NCBI GenBank assembly: GCA_964106915.2
Contig: OZ066923.1
Source of the DNA: Podarcis gaigeae
Lineage: Eukaryota
Strand: one strand, 5' to 3'
Length of the DNA stretch: 64,000 nucleotides
Shown here: positions 11,581-23,159 of the stretch, one piece after another
Numbering within the stretch: position 1 is the stretch's first letter
How the letters are laid out: each line of letters opens with the position of its first letter
Made by a program: the position numbers and the translations under genes
The notes under the pieces: model-generated
What the model saw: the letters and a program-made list of their open reading frames with translations, nothing else
Told to the model about the DNA's origin: nothing
Databases searched by the model: none

Positions 11581-13245
11581 CCACCCCCGATGTGCATCCT
11601 TTCTGATATAAAGATATGAAGACAGGGAGAGGATCCAACCCATAAAAAGTTGAGGAACACCTTAGGCATGACTGGAACAGACGTTAAGCACTTGAAAGGC
11701 TATTTGAATGAAACTTTAAACACAGGTGCTTAAAGGTGTCCAGCTGTGGCTGAATTGTGCCACAGCTGATAAATACATGCAAATGAAGAACTAGGATATC
11801 CCACCTGGTGTGATATTAATGGGGATTTCTGTACTTCATTTGTGAATGCCTACTGCTCACCACTGAACTGGAGCTGCAAGCAGGCTTACGGGAAGTGGGT
11901 CTTTATCCATGCAAGGAGAGCTCTCGCAAACATATGACCATGTCACTGCCAAATATAAAAATGAATTGATATTGAACAGTGAGGGGTGAAGGGATCCATT
12001 TCTGGTCTATGTCTCTTTTGCATAGCTTCACCCATAAGTCTGTTCTATCTCATTTCCTCACTAATCTGCAAATTTTCCTTTTTTTGGAGGAGAGGGGGGG
12101 GGGGTTAAACATGAGGATGTGCATTTCACCATGTGCTTCACACACAGATTTCTAAATGTATTTTCTCTCAAAATATACACTTCTAAAACATATTTTGATA
12201 CACTTAAGCTGCTGAGAACCAACTTGCAAGGTTGCGTCAGTATGAGAGGTATAGATCAAGTGACTTCATGTCGGAATATAGAAACGTGGGCTTTGTCAAG
12301 CATCCCTAGTCTTGAATTCTGCTTGATCCAGGTTTCTTTGTCAGCTTTAACTCCCCATCATTAAAATGGGACTATTTCTGCTCTATTCTTTATATCCTTC
12401 TGTCATATTTCCATTCAGTGTCCAAATTTCTTTGCTATTCCTCTATGCAGCTTCAGCAAACTAAGAGCTCTAGAAGGCCAGTCATCTAGTATACTACAAC
12501 CATAAGAACCAAATTTGATATTAGCACAATGAGAGAACAGCAGTAGTTTTGAAATATTAGACTTCTGATTTAGGGTAAGGAGAAGCAAATTTGAGGATTC
12601 TAGCCAGCAGTTAAAGAGCCATGTAAAATATAATTCACAATGCAGCAAGACTCCCAAGCAGAAATAGACTAATATTACATGGTTGGCTGTATATTTATTC
12701 TTGTTTTGCATTTGCATGTAAATGTAAATTGCAAAACAAAAGAAATCTCACTTGACTGATATTTCCTTCCCAAGAAGAAACAAATGAAAAACAACTACAA
12801 CTGCAATGGGCATGAAGACTTAGCATAGGGGGGAGCTATAGATAAGATCTGATATTTCAATACCCTCCCAGTAAGTGACTTGGGGGAATTAACACATTTC
12901 TCTGCATGCTTCAAACCTGGAGAGAAAGGAATTTTGGAGGTGGAAGAAAAATGTAGCTGACTTCATGATCTATGGATTCATTATCTTCTACAAATTAGCC
13001 TAGGGTTTAGGATGCTTGAAAAGCTACACCTCTCTTCCAAGAATATATGGAAAGGATTAGGCAATCTGTGGCCTTCTGAATTTTGCTAAACTGCACCTCA
13101 ACCCTGACCACTGGCCATGCTGGCTGGAATTTTCTTCCAATTTTGCCTATCGCTGTGTATTTGCAGTCAATAAATGAGCGTGTGTGTGATTTGCAATTAT
13201 TCAAAGTGGAGAGAAAATTCAGCAAAATTTTCATGGCTGGAGTAC

Positions 13246-13713
13246 TGTCAGGCTTTGGGGAACACGATCCCTCCCATGGTAACAGCCAAGAAGCAGATAA
13301 ACAATAAAAGTCCTTACCAATATATTCACAGAGAGAGACGAAGGAATGCAGCCTTCCCTAGATAATGGCATTGCTCCAAATAAAGTCTCTCTCCCCTCCC
13401 TCCCTCCTATTCTACATCATCTCTGCGTTGGCTAATCTGAGCTTTCTGTTCTACTACCCTCAATGCTTGCCTGGTCCTGGTCCTGGGAGGTCAGGAATGC
13501 TTTCCAAAGACACTGAGTCTGTCAGCTGTCTCTCCCCTGCTGCTGCTTCTTCCTGCTGCTCTCCCAATATTTCCCAGATTCTTTCCTCTGCAGCCTCTGA
13601 ATTATGAGCTTCTGCAAACCACTGTTCTAAACCTACACTGTCCTTCTGTTCTTGGTAAGGTTCAGGAGAAGGGGGGCGGCCCCCACCATTCCTCCTCAGT
13701 CCAGCCCCTGACA
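13246..13713 (-). mobile_element. Solo LTR (468 bp), probably Gypsy
   Basis: TGTCAGG...CCTGACA inverted ends; perfect 5-bp TSD AGTAC at 13241-13245 and 13714-13718; orientation inferred. Confidence 0.9.
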
Positions 13714-13851
13714 AGTACTGGGTTTTCATGGCATTTAGCTTACTTTCAAGGTGACGAAGAAACATTGTGAGTGTCTTCCTTCATTCCAGAAATAACCTCT
13801 CCTGTGATCTGATTTTTTTATGGGGGTTTGAACTTCCTGAAAAACCCACAA

Positions 13852-14944
13852 AGTATAGGAGAGAAATCAGCTTAGGTTAAAAAGTTTTGAGGCAGTCTGA
13901 ACATACTTACAAGATTGGCTACATTACCACCAACTCAATGAGACATATAAATTAGACAAACGGAAGGGTTTCACTACAGAACCATCAAGACTAGAAAAAG
14001 AACTGATACAATCTAAAGAGAAAACACTCTCCAAAATGTATAGGCTCCTTGACTGGGAAGTCAAGGAGGAGGAGGTTATTATCAGTGATGATCAAATGGG
14101 CCCAAGATTTTGGATATAATATCCGGATGGAAGCTTGGGAAAGATTGTGGAAGGAAGACCTGAGGTTTACTGTGTGCTATACTTTGAAAGAAAATTTTAT
14201 AAAAATGTTCTATTGCTGGTATCTAACACCATCAAAGTTAGCAAAAATGTATAGAAATAGCTCTCAAGCAGTTGTTGGAGATGTGGAGAGGCAAAAGGCA
14301 CAATGTTACATATGTGGTGGAAGTGTAGAAAAGTAAAGCAATTCTGGGAGATAATACATAATGAGCTTTAAAATATATTTAAGATCTCCTTTGCAAAAAA
14401 AACCCCTGAAGCCTTCCTATTGGAAATAATGGGCACAGACATCCCAAAAAATGTGAGGAAAATGTTTTTTTTACAGTTACAGCAATAATGTTAATAGCCA
14501 GAAACTGGAAGGGAGACTCAATCCTGACCAAACTGGAGTGGCAAGCGAAACTGCTGGAGTATGTAGGATTGGCATGAATGACGGGAAAACTAAGAGACCA
14601 CACGACACAAACATTTAGGAGAGAATGGGACGTATATAGAAAATATCTCAGTGAGCATTGTAAAAAAATGAATTCATTGGCAGGTCTGGAGTGACTTCTG
14701 AAGAAATGTTTAAAACCCTAGGAAAATACGATAATGGAGATTGATTTGGACTGATAAAAGAAAAGTGTGACATGTTAAAAGTTTTTAGGACTCACGATGG
14801 GGTGACAAGAAGTCATTATAGAAGCTCTTTATGATGAAAGAAGTTAATTTTGTGGAAAGGTGTATTATTCTTTTCTTGACTGTTTGCTTTCTTTTGGAAT
14901 TCAATAAAGCATTTAAAAAGAAAAAAAGGGAGGAAAAAGAAAAA
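13852..14944 (+). mobile_element. L1 LINE 3' fragment, decayed
   Basis: IKWAQDFGYNIRMEAWERLWK...WYLTPSKLAKMY homologous to the 21513-23159 ORF; AATAAA and A-rich tail; 13-bp TSD GAAAAACCCACAA at 13839-13851 and 14945-14957. Confidence 0.93.
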
Positions 14945-16407
14945 GAAAAACCCACAATGTCCTTGGCTGGGCTCTCTTGTAAACATGGGGAAATGGTGAG
15001 TTCAATTCTCCACCCAGTGAAATGCTAAAGCACTATGCAAAGAGGCAGGGAAATAGAAGGGGAGAGAACTTTCAAGAAATTGGAGGACATGTTACACCAC
15101 GTCACTAATCTATAGACATAGATTACATGAAGCAGACGTTAACCATTCTTACCATGTTTATGTCTGTGTGATGGGAGTGATACAGGAAGGAATAAGACCC
15201 AAAATGTTTGTGTGAAGTTATTCTGGAGGTGATCTAGCTAACTGGTGAGAACCAACATCATGCAAGTGGAGTTTGACTCATGAGCAAGATCCTTCCCCTC
15301 TCCTGCAGCTTCTCATCTCCCCCCCCCCAAAAAAAAAATCTGTTCTGCAGGGTCCCTCAACCCTCTGGAAAAGATTTCGCGAGCATACAAAGACTATTCA
15401 GAAAAATGGGAACTCTTTTCCGCCAACATTTGTCTGTTCTACGGGTGGACAGCCCCTGCTGGATTTCACCCATTGATTAAAATTGGACTTATAAGTGGTT
15501 AGCTTTGGCTGGATCTTATCCTTCTGGTTTATAGTCTGTGGGGCAAATTAAAACTGAACAGTCTCAGAAGACAATGAAAGGCAGACCTCTACTGTCTGAC
15601 AAGGTCAGGCAGAGGGTAGTTTAATTTGCAGGGAGCTGTAAGAAGAGCAGTCTGCATTGCTTGAGTATAAACAAGATCTGAAAACTTCAGGAACTCCACC
15701 GCTGAAACAATTAGAATTCAGACACGACTCAGCTAATTTATTAGTGCCTTGTTGTTCTTGTCAGAGAGGCTCACGGTGCTTTCTCGTTTTGCTGCACTCT
15801 GCTGCATGACTAATCTGGAGCTGTATCTGTGCCCTTGGTCCAGATGTTTACAAATCAGGGAGACCAGGAGCATTTGACTTGCTTATCGTTATTGGTAAAC
15901 ATGATGCACACAGGAGTCGGCAACCAGCCATGTCAGCCTAATCTGGTGCTGTTTGCAAGTCTCACAGAGACATTTTCTGTGTGGACAATGAAGTAAAGGG
16001 AAAAACCAAAATGAAACAAAAACAGGCTACTCCCCTCCCCACCTTCACCCACCTAAGAGTAAATATCAATAATTGCAACATATGCTCCTGGAAAGGAGCG
16101 CTATTCTTGCCGCATTTGCAATGCTGCTGAGTAAACACATGATCGCGTTCTAGCAATTAGAGCCGTCACAAAAACTTAATTCATGGACCTGGGCAGATCT
16201 GTGGCAGATGTTAGAAGGGAGCAGGGCAAAGAGGGAGTGCCTGCAGGTTAATAAGATACTCTGTGAGAGAATACCAATGCCCATTTCTCAAGTGGCAAGT
16301 TGGGCCCCTCCTAATCTGTTTTGGCATTAGTACTGGATGGTAGGACCTGAACCAATGTATTCAAATTACTAGAAAGGGGGTTCCTTCCTTCCTGACAGTA
16401 ACACCAT

Positions 16408-16571
16408 TTGACAGGAGGTGGTGGGCTCTCCTTCCTTGGAGGTTTTCAAGCAGAGGTTGGATGGCCGTCTGCCATGGATGCTTTAGCTGAGATTCCTGCA
16501 TTGCAGAGAGTTGGACTAGAATGACCCTTGGGATCCCTTTAACTCTACAATTCCATGATTCTATGATTCTT
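16408..16571 (+). mobile_element. CR1 3' terminal fragment, older subfamily
   Basis: TCTCCTTCCTTGGAGGTTTTCAAGCAGAGG...GGACTAGA...ATTCTATGATTCT. Confidence 0.88.
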
Positions 16572-17671
16572 TAAACATTTATATTCATTAGTTGCTTTTA
16601 TACAAAAAATGTCATAATGAGGCTTCCCAAAGGGGCGATCCATTTATGGTGATATATTTATTTGATCTGCAGATTTGTGATGTATTTTGTATTTGTGCAC
16701 ATCCCTAATAAATACAACAGCCATAACTTCAGTAAGCATTCATTTGCTGCCTTTGAGAGAGTTGTGTGTCCTTGGGCAGCGCTTGGGACCCTGGAACTCA
16801 AGCCCAGGCCATCGCCTGAGGCTGGAAACTAGTTTAGCAAGCTCCCTGAATGTGAAGAGGTGGCGGTGGTGGAATTTTTTGAAATGTTTGCAGATGCTGG
16901 GAAGCTGCCTGAGTTTCATCTCAGAAGCTATTCATCCAAATCAAACTCGATTCAATTTGCACAATGAAAGTGGTGTCCAATATTTATATTCATTGCATTT
17001 TAGAACTGGAGGAAAGAAATGGTGGACATTAAACAAAACATGGCGGGGTTGCCCATCAGTGCAAGACGTTTGATCCAGAGGGTTTTTGGCACTATATCTG
17101 AGATACTTCAAAGCAGCCAGACCTCATGCTAGAGCTCATGTCCGTCTCTGATGACTCCCAGCACCAGATTGTACACAAAGACATCTTTTTATTTCTGTTG
17201 CTGCCCAAATGGAAATCACCAGATGAAAACAGCCAACTGCTGAAATCCCTGCCCTAGCAAAAGAACACAAGGCTGGCATACAGAGTCTGGCAAGCAGGCC
17301 TTTCAAATAGATGTATAGACAGATCAATCCTGTTGTTGAAGAGGAGTAGAGTGAAGGGTTTTACTCATGCAAGCCATATATATGTGAGGGAAGAGACTTC
17401 ATCAGGCAAGGCCTTCGTCCCCCTGCCTTGCCCCACCCTCCAGTCTCTGCTTCTCAATTTGTATTGTATTATTTTATGCACTGTGGCTTGCCGTTGTTTT
17501 ATTGATTGTAGTTTAGAAATTATTTATTGTAATTGTTAAGAGTAGATTTCTGTATAATTTTCATATGCTGATATTTAATATTATTTTATACTATTCTAAT
17601 GATTGTTGAATGTTACTTAATTTGATGTAGGTTGCTTATTTTAAAGTTGTGTTTTATTATCACATTTTTGT

Positions 17672-18169
17672 AGATAGATAGATAAACTTTATTTGCATTG
17701 GCCAATGGCCATAGCAACATAGAACAAACAATATACAGTGGTGCCCCGCAAGACGAATGCCTCGCAAGACGAAAAACCCGCTAGACGAAAGGGTTTTCAG
17801 TTTTTCGAGGCGCTTCGCAAGACGAATTTCCCTATGGGCTTGCTTCGCAAGACGAAAACGTCTTGCGAGTCTTGCGAGTTTTTCCCCTTTCCCCCCTTTT
17901 TCTAAGCCGCTAAGCCGCTAATAGCCGCTAAGCAGCTAATAGCCGCTAAACCACTAATAGCGCTAATCCGCTAAGCCGCTAATAGGGATGCTTCGCAAGA
18001 CGAAAAAAACGCTAAATGAAGAGACTCGCGGAACGGATTATTTTCGTCTTGCGAGGCACCACTATATACAATTAAAAAGACAACAGTGGGTAAAAAGGGC
18101 AAGTGGCCCATAATCTCACTGCACCCTTGATAAACCTTTTTCGTGTTGTATTAGATTGTTATAAGGCAT
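17672..18169 (-). mobile_element. Short LINE 3' end (RTE-X-like) with (TATC)n tail
   Basis: Minus strand TATGGCCATTGGCCAATGCAAATAAAGTT(TATC)n; approximate TSD ACAT5-6GT at 17662-17671 and 18170-18180. Confidence 0.6.
17736..18064. mobile_element. Tc1/mariner-pogo MITE, family C (CpG-rich)
   Basis: TA|CAGTGGTGCCCCGCAAGACGAA...TTCGTCTTGCGAGGCACCACTA|TA; repeated CGCAAGACGAA motif and a TAAGCCGC-type minisatellite. Confidence 0.92.
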
Positions 18170-18455
18170 ACATTTTTTGTTTCCTCAGCTTGTATACTGT
18201 CTTGGGTATTGTAAGATAGAAAAGACGGTATACAAATTAAAAGCGATGATGATGATGATGATATATACACACACACTGTGCTGGTTACACAGCTAGTTGC
18301 AATGTAATTGGGCCATGATTAAACAGAATGGAAAGGCACCAATATCAAAGGGACTAGGGCTAATTTTGTACAGCATGGGTACAACATGCCCCTTACAGGG
18401 CACACAGAGTTGTCTTGTTTACCAAGCTGTGGCCATAATGAAAAAAGCAAATAAA

Positions 18456-18456
<1 letters not shown>

Positions 18457-18489
<33 letters not shown>
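18457..18489. repeat. (TG)n microsatellite
   Basis: Direct reading. Confidence 0.95.
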
Positions 18490-18490
<1 letters not shown>

Positions 18491-18785
18491 TATCAAAGAA
18501 GAATAGTAATCAATTGATCCTTTAGAGCCAAAAAAATTGTTACAAGGAAATACATGTAGCTCTCTTGCAACGGGCTTTTTTGTTTCTAAGATGAAAAATG
18601 GGAGACTGTGAATTGGATTGGAAGAGCAATGAGGGGAAGGTCTGCTTACCCTTGTTGCCCCTGCTTGATTTCCCATGTACAGTTGTTTCATTTTTTACCT
18701 TTAAGGCAAAAGATACAGGTACTTAACCTTAATGAATTGAAAAAACCTTACTGAATTGCATCCAGCGTTAGACTTAATGCAAGTA

Positions 18786-19078
18786 CAGTGGTGCCCCGCA
18801 AGACGAATGCCTCGCAAGACGGAAAACCCGCTAGACGAAAGAGTTTTCCGTTTTGGAGGCGCTTCGCAAAACGAATTTCCTATGGGCTTGCTTCGCAAGA
18901 CGAAAATGTCTTGCGAGTTCCTGCGGTTCCTCCCCTTTTCTCCCCCTTTTCCTAAGCCGCTAAGCCGCTAATAGCGCTAATCCGCTAAGTCGTCAATGGG
19001 CTTGCTTTGCAAGACGAAAAAACCGCTAGACGAAGAGACTCGCGGAATGGATTAATTTTGTCTTGCGAGGCACCACTG
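18786..19078. mobile_element. Tc1/mariner-pogo MITE, family C
   Basis: TA|CAGTGGTGCC...GGCACCACTG|TA; same orientation as the 17736 copy. Confidence 0.93.
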
Positions 19079-19213
19079 TAGATGCTTTAAAATGAATAGA
19101 CATGGCTACTCTGAGTCACACTTAGTTGGATATAACCTTAAACAGGTAAAACACCTACCCCACCCCCCACCCCACGATGAAAACTGTGCATGCTCAATAG
19201 TCAATAAATCATG

Positions 19214-19304
19214 CAGCTCGTTAGAGCATGGTGCTGATAATGCGAAGGTTGAAGGTTCGATCCCCACATTCCAGCTCTTCAATTCTATGATTTTGTGATT
19301 CTAT
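19214..19304 (+). mobile_element. tRNA-derived SINE with CR1-like tail (Squam3-like), internally deleted
   Basis: GTTAGAGCATGGTGCTGATAA...GGTTCGATCCCC (B box) joined to an ATTCTATGATT tail. Confidence 0.7.
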
Positions 19305-20351
19305 TAAATATAGTGTGAAATTCGGAAAGGAAAAGGCTAACATGGTTGGGTGTGAGAAGGGGAATGTCCTGCTTGAAAGGAAGGCCACCTGCAATCCGGA
19401 ACAGGAAGGTTCTTTTTAAGAGGGAGGATGCACTGCAACATTTTGTTGCAGGTCCACATTTTTTAAAAAAACAAAAAACGCTGGGGGGTAACTTCTGTAT
19501 TGACAGAGCTGTACCACTCTGTGAATTGACCCAAAAGGAATGATTTGACTTACTGAGTCGAGGTGAATCTCTATCTTTTCCTTTTTCCCACACCCCCACC
19601 TTTCAGATCTGACTACCAGGCAACCTTCCTTCCCCAGTCTCTTTGGAAATCTTACATTAAGCTCACTAAAGTACTCCAAAGAGGCTTCCCCCTCCCCCTC
19701 TCTCTCCTTGGGTAAATTGGTTAATCTTGCTGAGAACAGAGAAGGGAGAGATCAAAAACGCCGGGCGAAGGCATATTGCTGTGATCAGAATTCAAGACAC
19801 AAACGACACAAGACACAAACATATAGTACATCTAATTACCACTCTTTAATTAAACCCCGGGGGATTTCTCAGCGAGCAAAATAAATGGATTCCCAGCATT
19901 TTCTCTTCCTTGGAAATTGAACTTTATGACAGCCCCGTTGAAAGCGCTTGCCAAAGAGTGGTCTGGCTCTGAATGGTGCTGGGGATGGTACTGTAATTAA
20001 AGAATCAGCACAGACAGAGATTGCAGGGTTCAAGTAATGCATTATTTATACTTTCAGGAGCAGGGATGGGGAAGCTCTGAAATATTGCTATCCATTAACC
20101 CCTAAGGCTCACAAGGGCCAAATGTTTTTTGGGGGGGGAAACTATGGCTTGCAGAGCCATAAAGCTATAACTTGCAGGTCTGCAGGCATGCAGAGGAGCC
20201 TACGGACTCCTTCCACCCACTTCCTGCCATTGTGGAGGTGATGTGCTTCCCTGTATCAACCAGTCTGCAATGGGGCGCATGCGTCATATAGAGATTTCTG
20301 GATGCTATTCCTCTCCTGGGTGCTGCAGAGTCACTGCAGCAAGTGCAATAC

Positions 20352-21093
20352 TGTAAAGTATTGCACTTGGGCAAAAAAAATGAGATGGGGGACACCTGGC
20401 TTGAGAGCAGTACATGTGAAAAGGATCTAGGAGTCTTGGTTGACCACAAACTTGACATGAGCCAACAGTGTGACACGGCAGCTAAAAAAGCCAATGCAAT
20501 TCTGGGCTGCATCAATAGGAGTATAGCATCTAGATGAAGGGAAGTAATAGTGCCATTGTATTCTGCTCTGGTCAGACCTCACCTGGAGTACCGTATCCAG
20601 TTCTGGGCACCACAGTTCAAGAAGGACACTGACAAACTGGAACGTGTCCAGAGGAGGGCAACCAAAATGGTCAAAGGCCTGGAAACGATGCCTTATGAGG
20701 AACGGCTAAGGGAGCTGGGCATGTTTAGCCTGGAGAAGAGGAGGTTAAGGGGTGATATGATAGCCATGTTCAAATATATAAAAGGATGTCACATAGAGGA
20801 GGGAGAAAGGTTGTTTTCTGCTGCTCCAGAGAAGCGGACACGGAGCAATGGATCCAAACTACAAGAAAGAAGATTCCACCTAAACATTAGGAAGAACTTC
20901 CTGACAGTAAGAGCTGTTTGACAGTGGAATTTGCTGCCAAGGAGTGTGGTGGAGTCTCCTTCTTTGGAGGTCTTTAAGCAGAGGCTTGACAACCATATGT
21001 CAGGAGTGCTCTGATGGTGTTTCCTGCTTGGCAGGGGGTTGGACTCGATGGCCCTTGTGGTCTCTTCCAACTCTATGATTCTATGATTCTATG
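20352..21093 (+). mobile_element. CR1 LINE, 5'-truncated, young
   Basis: CKVLHLG...EKDLGVLVD...ANAILGCI and PHLEY motifs; two nonsense changes; (ATTCTATG)n tail; about 9 differences from 4110-4710 over 600 bp by manual count. Confidence 0.97.
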
Positions 21094-21289
21094 GATCATG
21101 ACTACTCTATATGTCTAAAGAGGAAGGAAACATAGAACTGTATATTTGGAAGGGACCCTGAGAATAATCTAGTCTCTGCAATGCAAGAGCTGGTCCTGGC
21201 AAGGTCTTTCTATTCTTTTCAAGAAAAGGCGGGGGAAAGCTCTCTCTTTGTCTTATTGTTCTTACCCTATGCAGTCGTTTGACCTCTTA

Positions 21290-23159
21290 TTTTTTTTTTT
21301 TCATGTGTAATTTTTATTAGTTTACATAAATCAAAATACAAGACAGACTATAATATTCCACTTAATATCACACATATTTTAAAAGTGACTTCCTTCAACC
21401 TTTCCACAAATCATCCGTATTAATAAAGGCAAATAATTCCGCATTTCTTATTTTGTAGTGCCGTTAATCATTCTAGTTCATCTGTTTTTCTTTAGACATT
21501 ACCCTTTGCTTCTTACAGAGCTCCCTTAAAACCCACTAGTGTTATCTGTCCATCGCTTAAGTTTTCCAGATATTTCGTAAGACTTTCCCAATCTTTTACA
21601 AACCTCTGGTCTTTTATATATCTGATTTTCCCTGTCATCTTATCCATCTCCACATAATCTAGTAATTTTGATCTCCAATCCTCAATTGTCGGCAAACCCT
21701 CTAATTTCCAATTTTTAGCTAACAGGACCCTTGCTGCCGTTGTTGCGTACTGAAACAGCTTGTAATCTTTCCTTTTTATCTCCCTTCCTACCAATCCCAG
21801 CAGGAATGCCTCGGGTTTTTTAACAAAAGTATAGCTTAAAATTTTCTTCATTTCATTATACACACTCTCCCAGAACCCTTTAACCTTTTGGCATTCCCAC
21901 CACATATGGTAGAAGGTCCCCTCTCTTTCCTTGCACTTCCAGCATTTATTACAGGATCCGTACATTCTGGCTAATTTAACGGGAGTCATATACCAACAGT
22001 AGAACATTTTCATTAGATTCTCCTTAAGTGTCACACAAGCCGTAAACTTAAGATGTTGTTTCCATAGTTTTTCCCATTCTTCGAAGTAGATGTTACGGCC
22101 AAAGTCTTTGGCCCAGTATGTCATTACCGACTTGACTTCCTCATCAATTAGATTCCAGTCCAGTAACTGATTGTACATTTTAGACAAAGTTTTTATATTA
22201 TTTTCCAGGATCTCAATTTGGAATCTAGAGTTTTTATCAGCATATCCTTTATCTTTGGTATCTTTCCTAAACATGTCATTTATCTGGAAGTAGTGTAGCC
22301 AATCATAAACTTGGTTCTTGACCTGCTCGTACGGCCTCATTTTCCACTTTCCTTCCTCTTTCATGACCAGTTGTTCATATGTGGCCCAATTGGCCCTCAT
22401 ATTGGTCTTTTTAACGGACATAACCTCTAATGGTGACAGCCAGTGGGGTGTTTTTGGTTCTAGCACGTCTTTATACCTTTCCCATACCTCAATCAGTGGG
22501 CCCCTAAATATGTGATTTCCAAATTCCTTATGCGTTCTCCTCCGCCCATGCCACAAGTAGGCGTGCCACCCAAATCGATTGTCGTGGCCCTCTAAGTCCA
22601 ACACTTCTCTGTCCTCCAGATTGATCCATGTCTTTACCCAGCATAGGCATGATGCCTCGTAATATAATTTCAGATCTGGCAGGGCGAAGCCTCCCCTTTC
22701 CTTCACATCCGTCAACAATTTAAATTTTATTCTGGGCTTCTTCCCCTGCCAGATGAATTTTGAGATCTCCCTATGCCAGACTTTAAATATCCTTGTACCT
22801 TTGATCACTGGGATATTTTGGAAGAGAAATAATATTCTTGGAAGTACGGACATTTTAATTGTGGCTATTCTACCCCAAAATGACAATCTGAGCCTGCCCC
22901 ACATTTCTATATCTTTCTTAATTCCTTTCCATACTATTTCATAATTATTTTTAAATAAATCTATATTTTTTGGCGTTACCCATACTCCTAGATATTTCAC
23001 CCTCTTAATCACCTCTAATTCCGTTTCTCTTTGTAGTTCTTCAACTTTGTCCTTGTGCATATTCTTAACTATCATTTTTGTTTTCCTTTTATTAAGTTTG
23101 AAGCCCGATACTTTTCCAAATTGATCAAATTCTTCAAGTACCTCTTTTGTTGAGTCTAA
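21290..23159 (-). mobile_element. L1-clade LINE, 5'-truncated, young
   Basis: Poly(A) tail (T-run at 21290); 10-bp TSD TGACCTCTTA at 21280-21289 and 23160-23169. Confidence 0.96.
21513..23159 (-). CDS. L1 ORF2 C-terminal part (end of RT, DUF1891-like region, CCHC zinc knuckle); no start codon of its own
   Basis: 549 open codons with FGKVSGFKLNKRKT, KYLGV, GGFALPDLKLYY and CWKC-x5-TFYHMWWEC; the first 8 residues of the listed ORF come from flank/TSD. Confidence 0.9.
   Translation of the reverse strand, partial: LDSTKEVLEEFDQFGKVSGFKLNKRKTKMIVKNMHKDKVEELQRETELEVIKRVKYLGVWVTPKNIDLFKNNYEIVWKGIKKDIEMWGRLRLSFWGRIATIKMSVLPRILFLFQNIPVIKGTRIFKVWHREISKFIWQGKKPRIKFKLLTDVKERGGFALPDLKLYYEASCLCWVKTWINLEDREVLDLEGHDNRFGWHAYLWHGRRRTHKEFGNHIFRGPLIEVWERYKDVLEPKTPHWLSPLEVMSVKKTNMRANWATYEQLVMKEEGKWKMRPYEQVKNQVYDWLHYFQINDMFRKDTKDKGYADKNSRFQIEILENNIKTLSKMYNQLLDWNLIDEEVKSVMTYWAKDFGRNIYFEEWEKLWKQHLKFTACVTLKENLMKMFYCWYMTPVKLARMYGSCNKCWKCKEREGTFYHMWWECQKVKGFWESVYNEMKKILSYTFVKKPEAFLLGLVGREIKRKDYKLFQYATTAARVLLAKNWKLEGLPTIEDWRSKLLDYVEMDKMTGKIRYIKDQRFVKDWESLTKYLENLSDGQITLVGFKGAL

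Larger units (their letters stand above)
17385..18261 (+). mobile_element. Old L2-like 3' end hosting two nested insertions
   Basis: CAGGCAAGGCCTTC-type ORF end, AT-rich 3'UTR, terminal motif and (GAT)n tail. Confidence 0.45.

Noticed and set aside
17900-17985. Regular short repeats as a CRISPR array
   Set aside because: 8-10-bp tandem units with no spacers, inside a eukaryotic MITE
19214-19270. tRNA gene
   Set aside because: No complete cloverleaf and fused to a CR1-like tail, so a SINE; the same applies to the Sauria SINE heads
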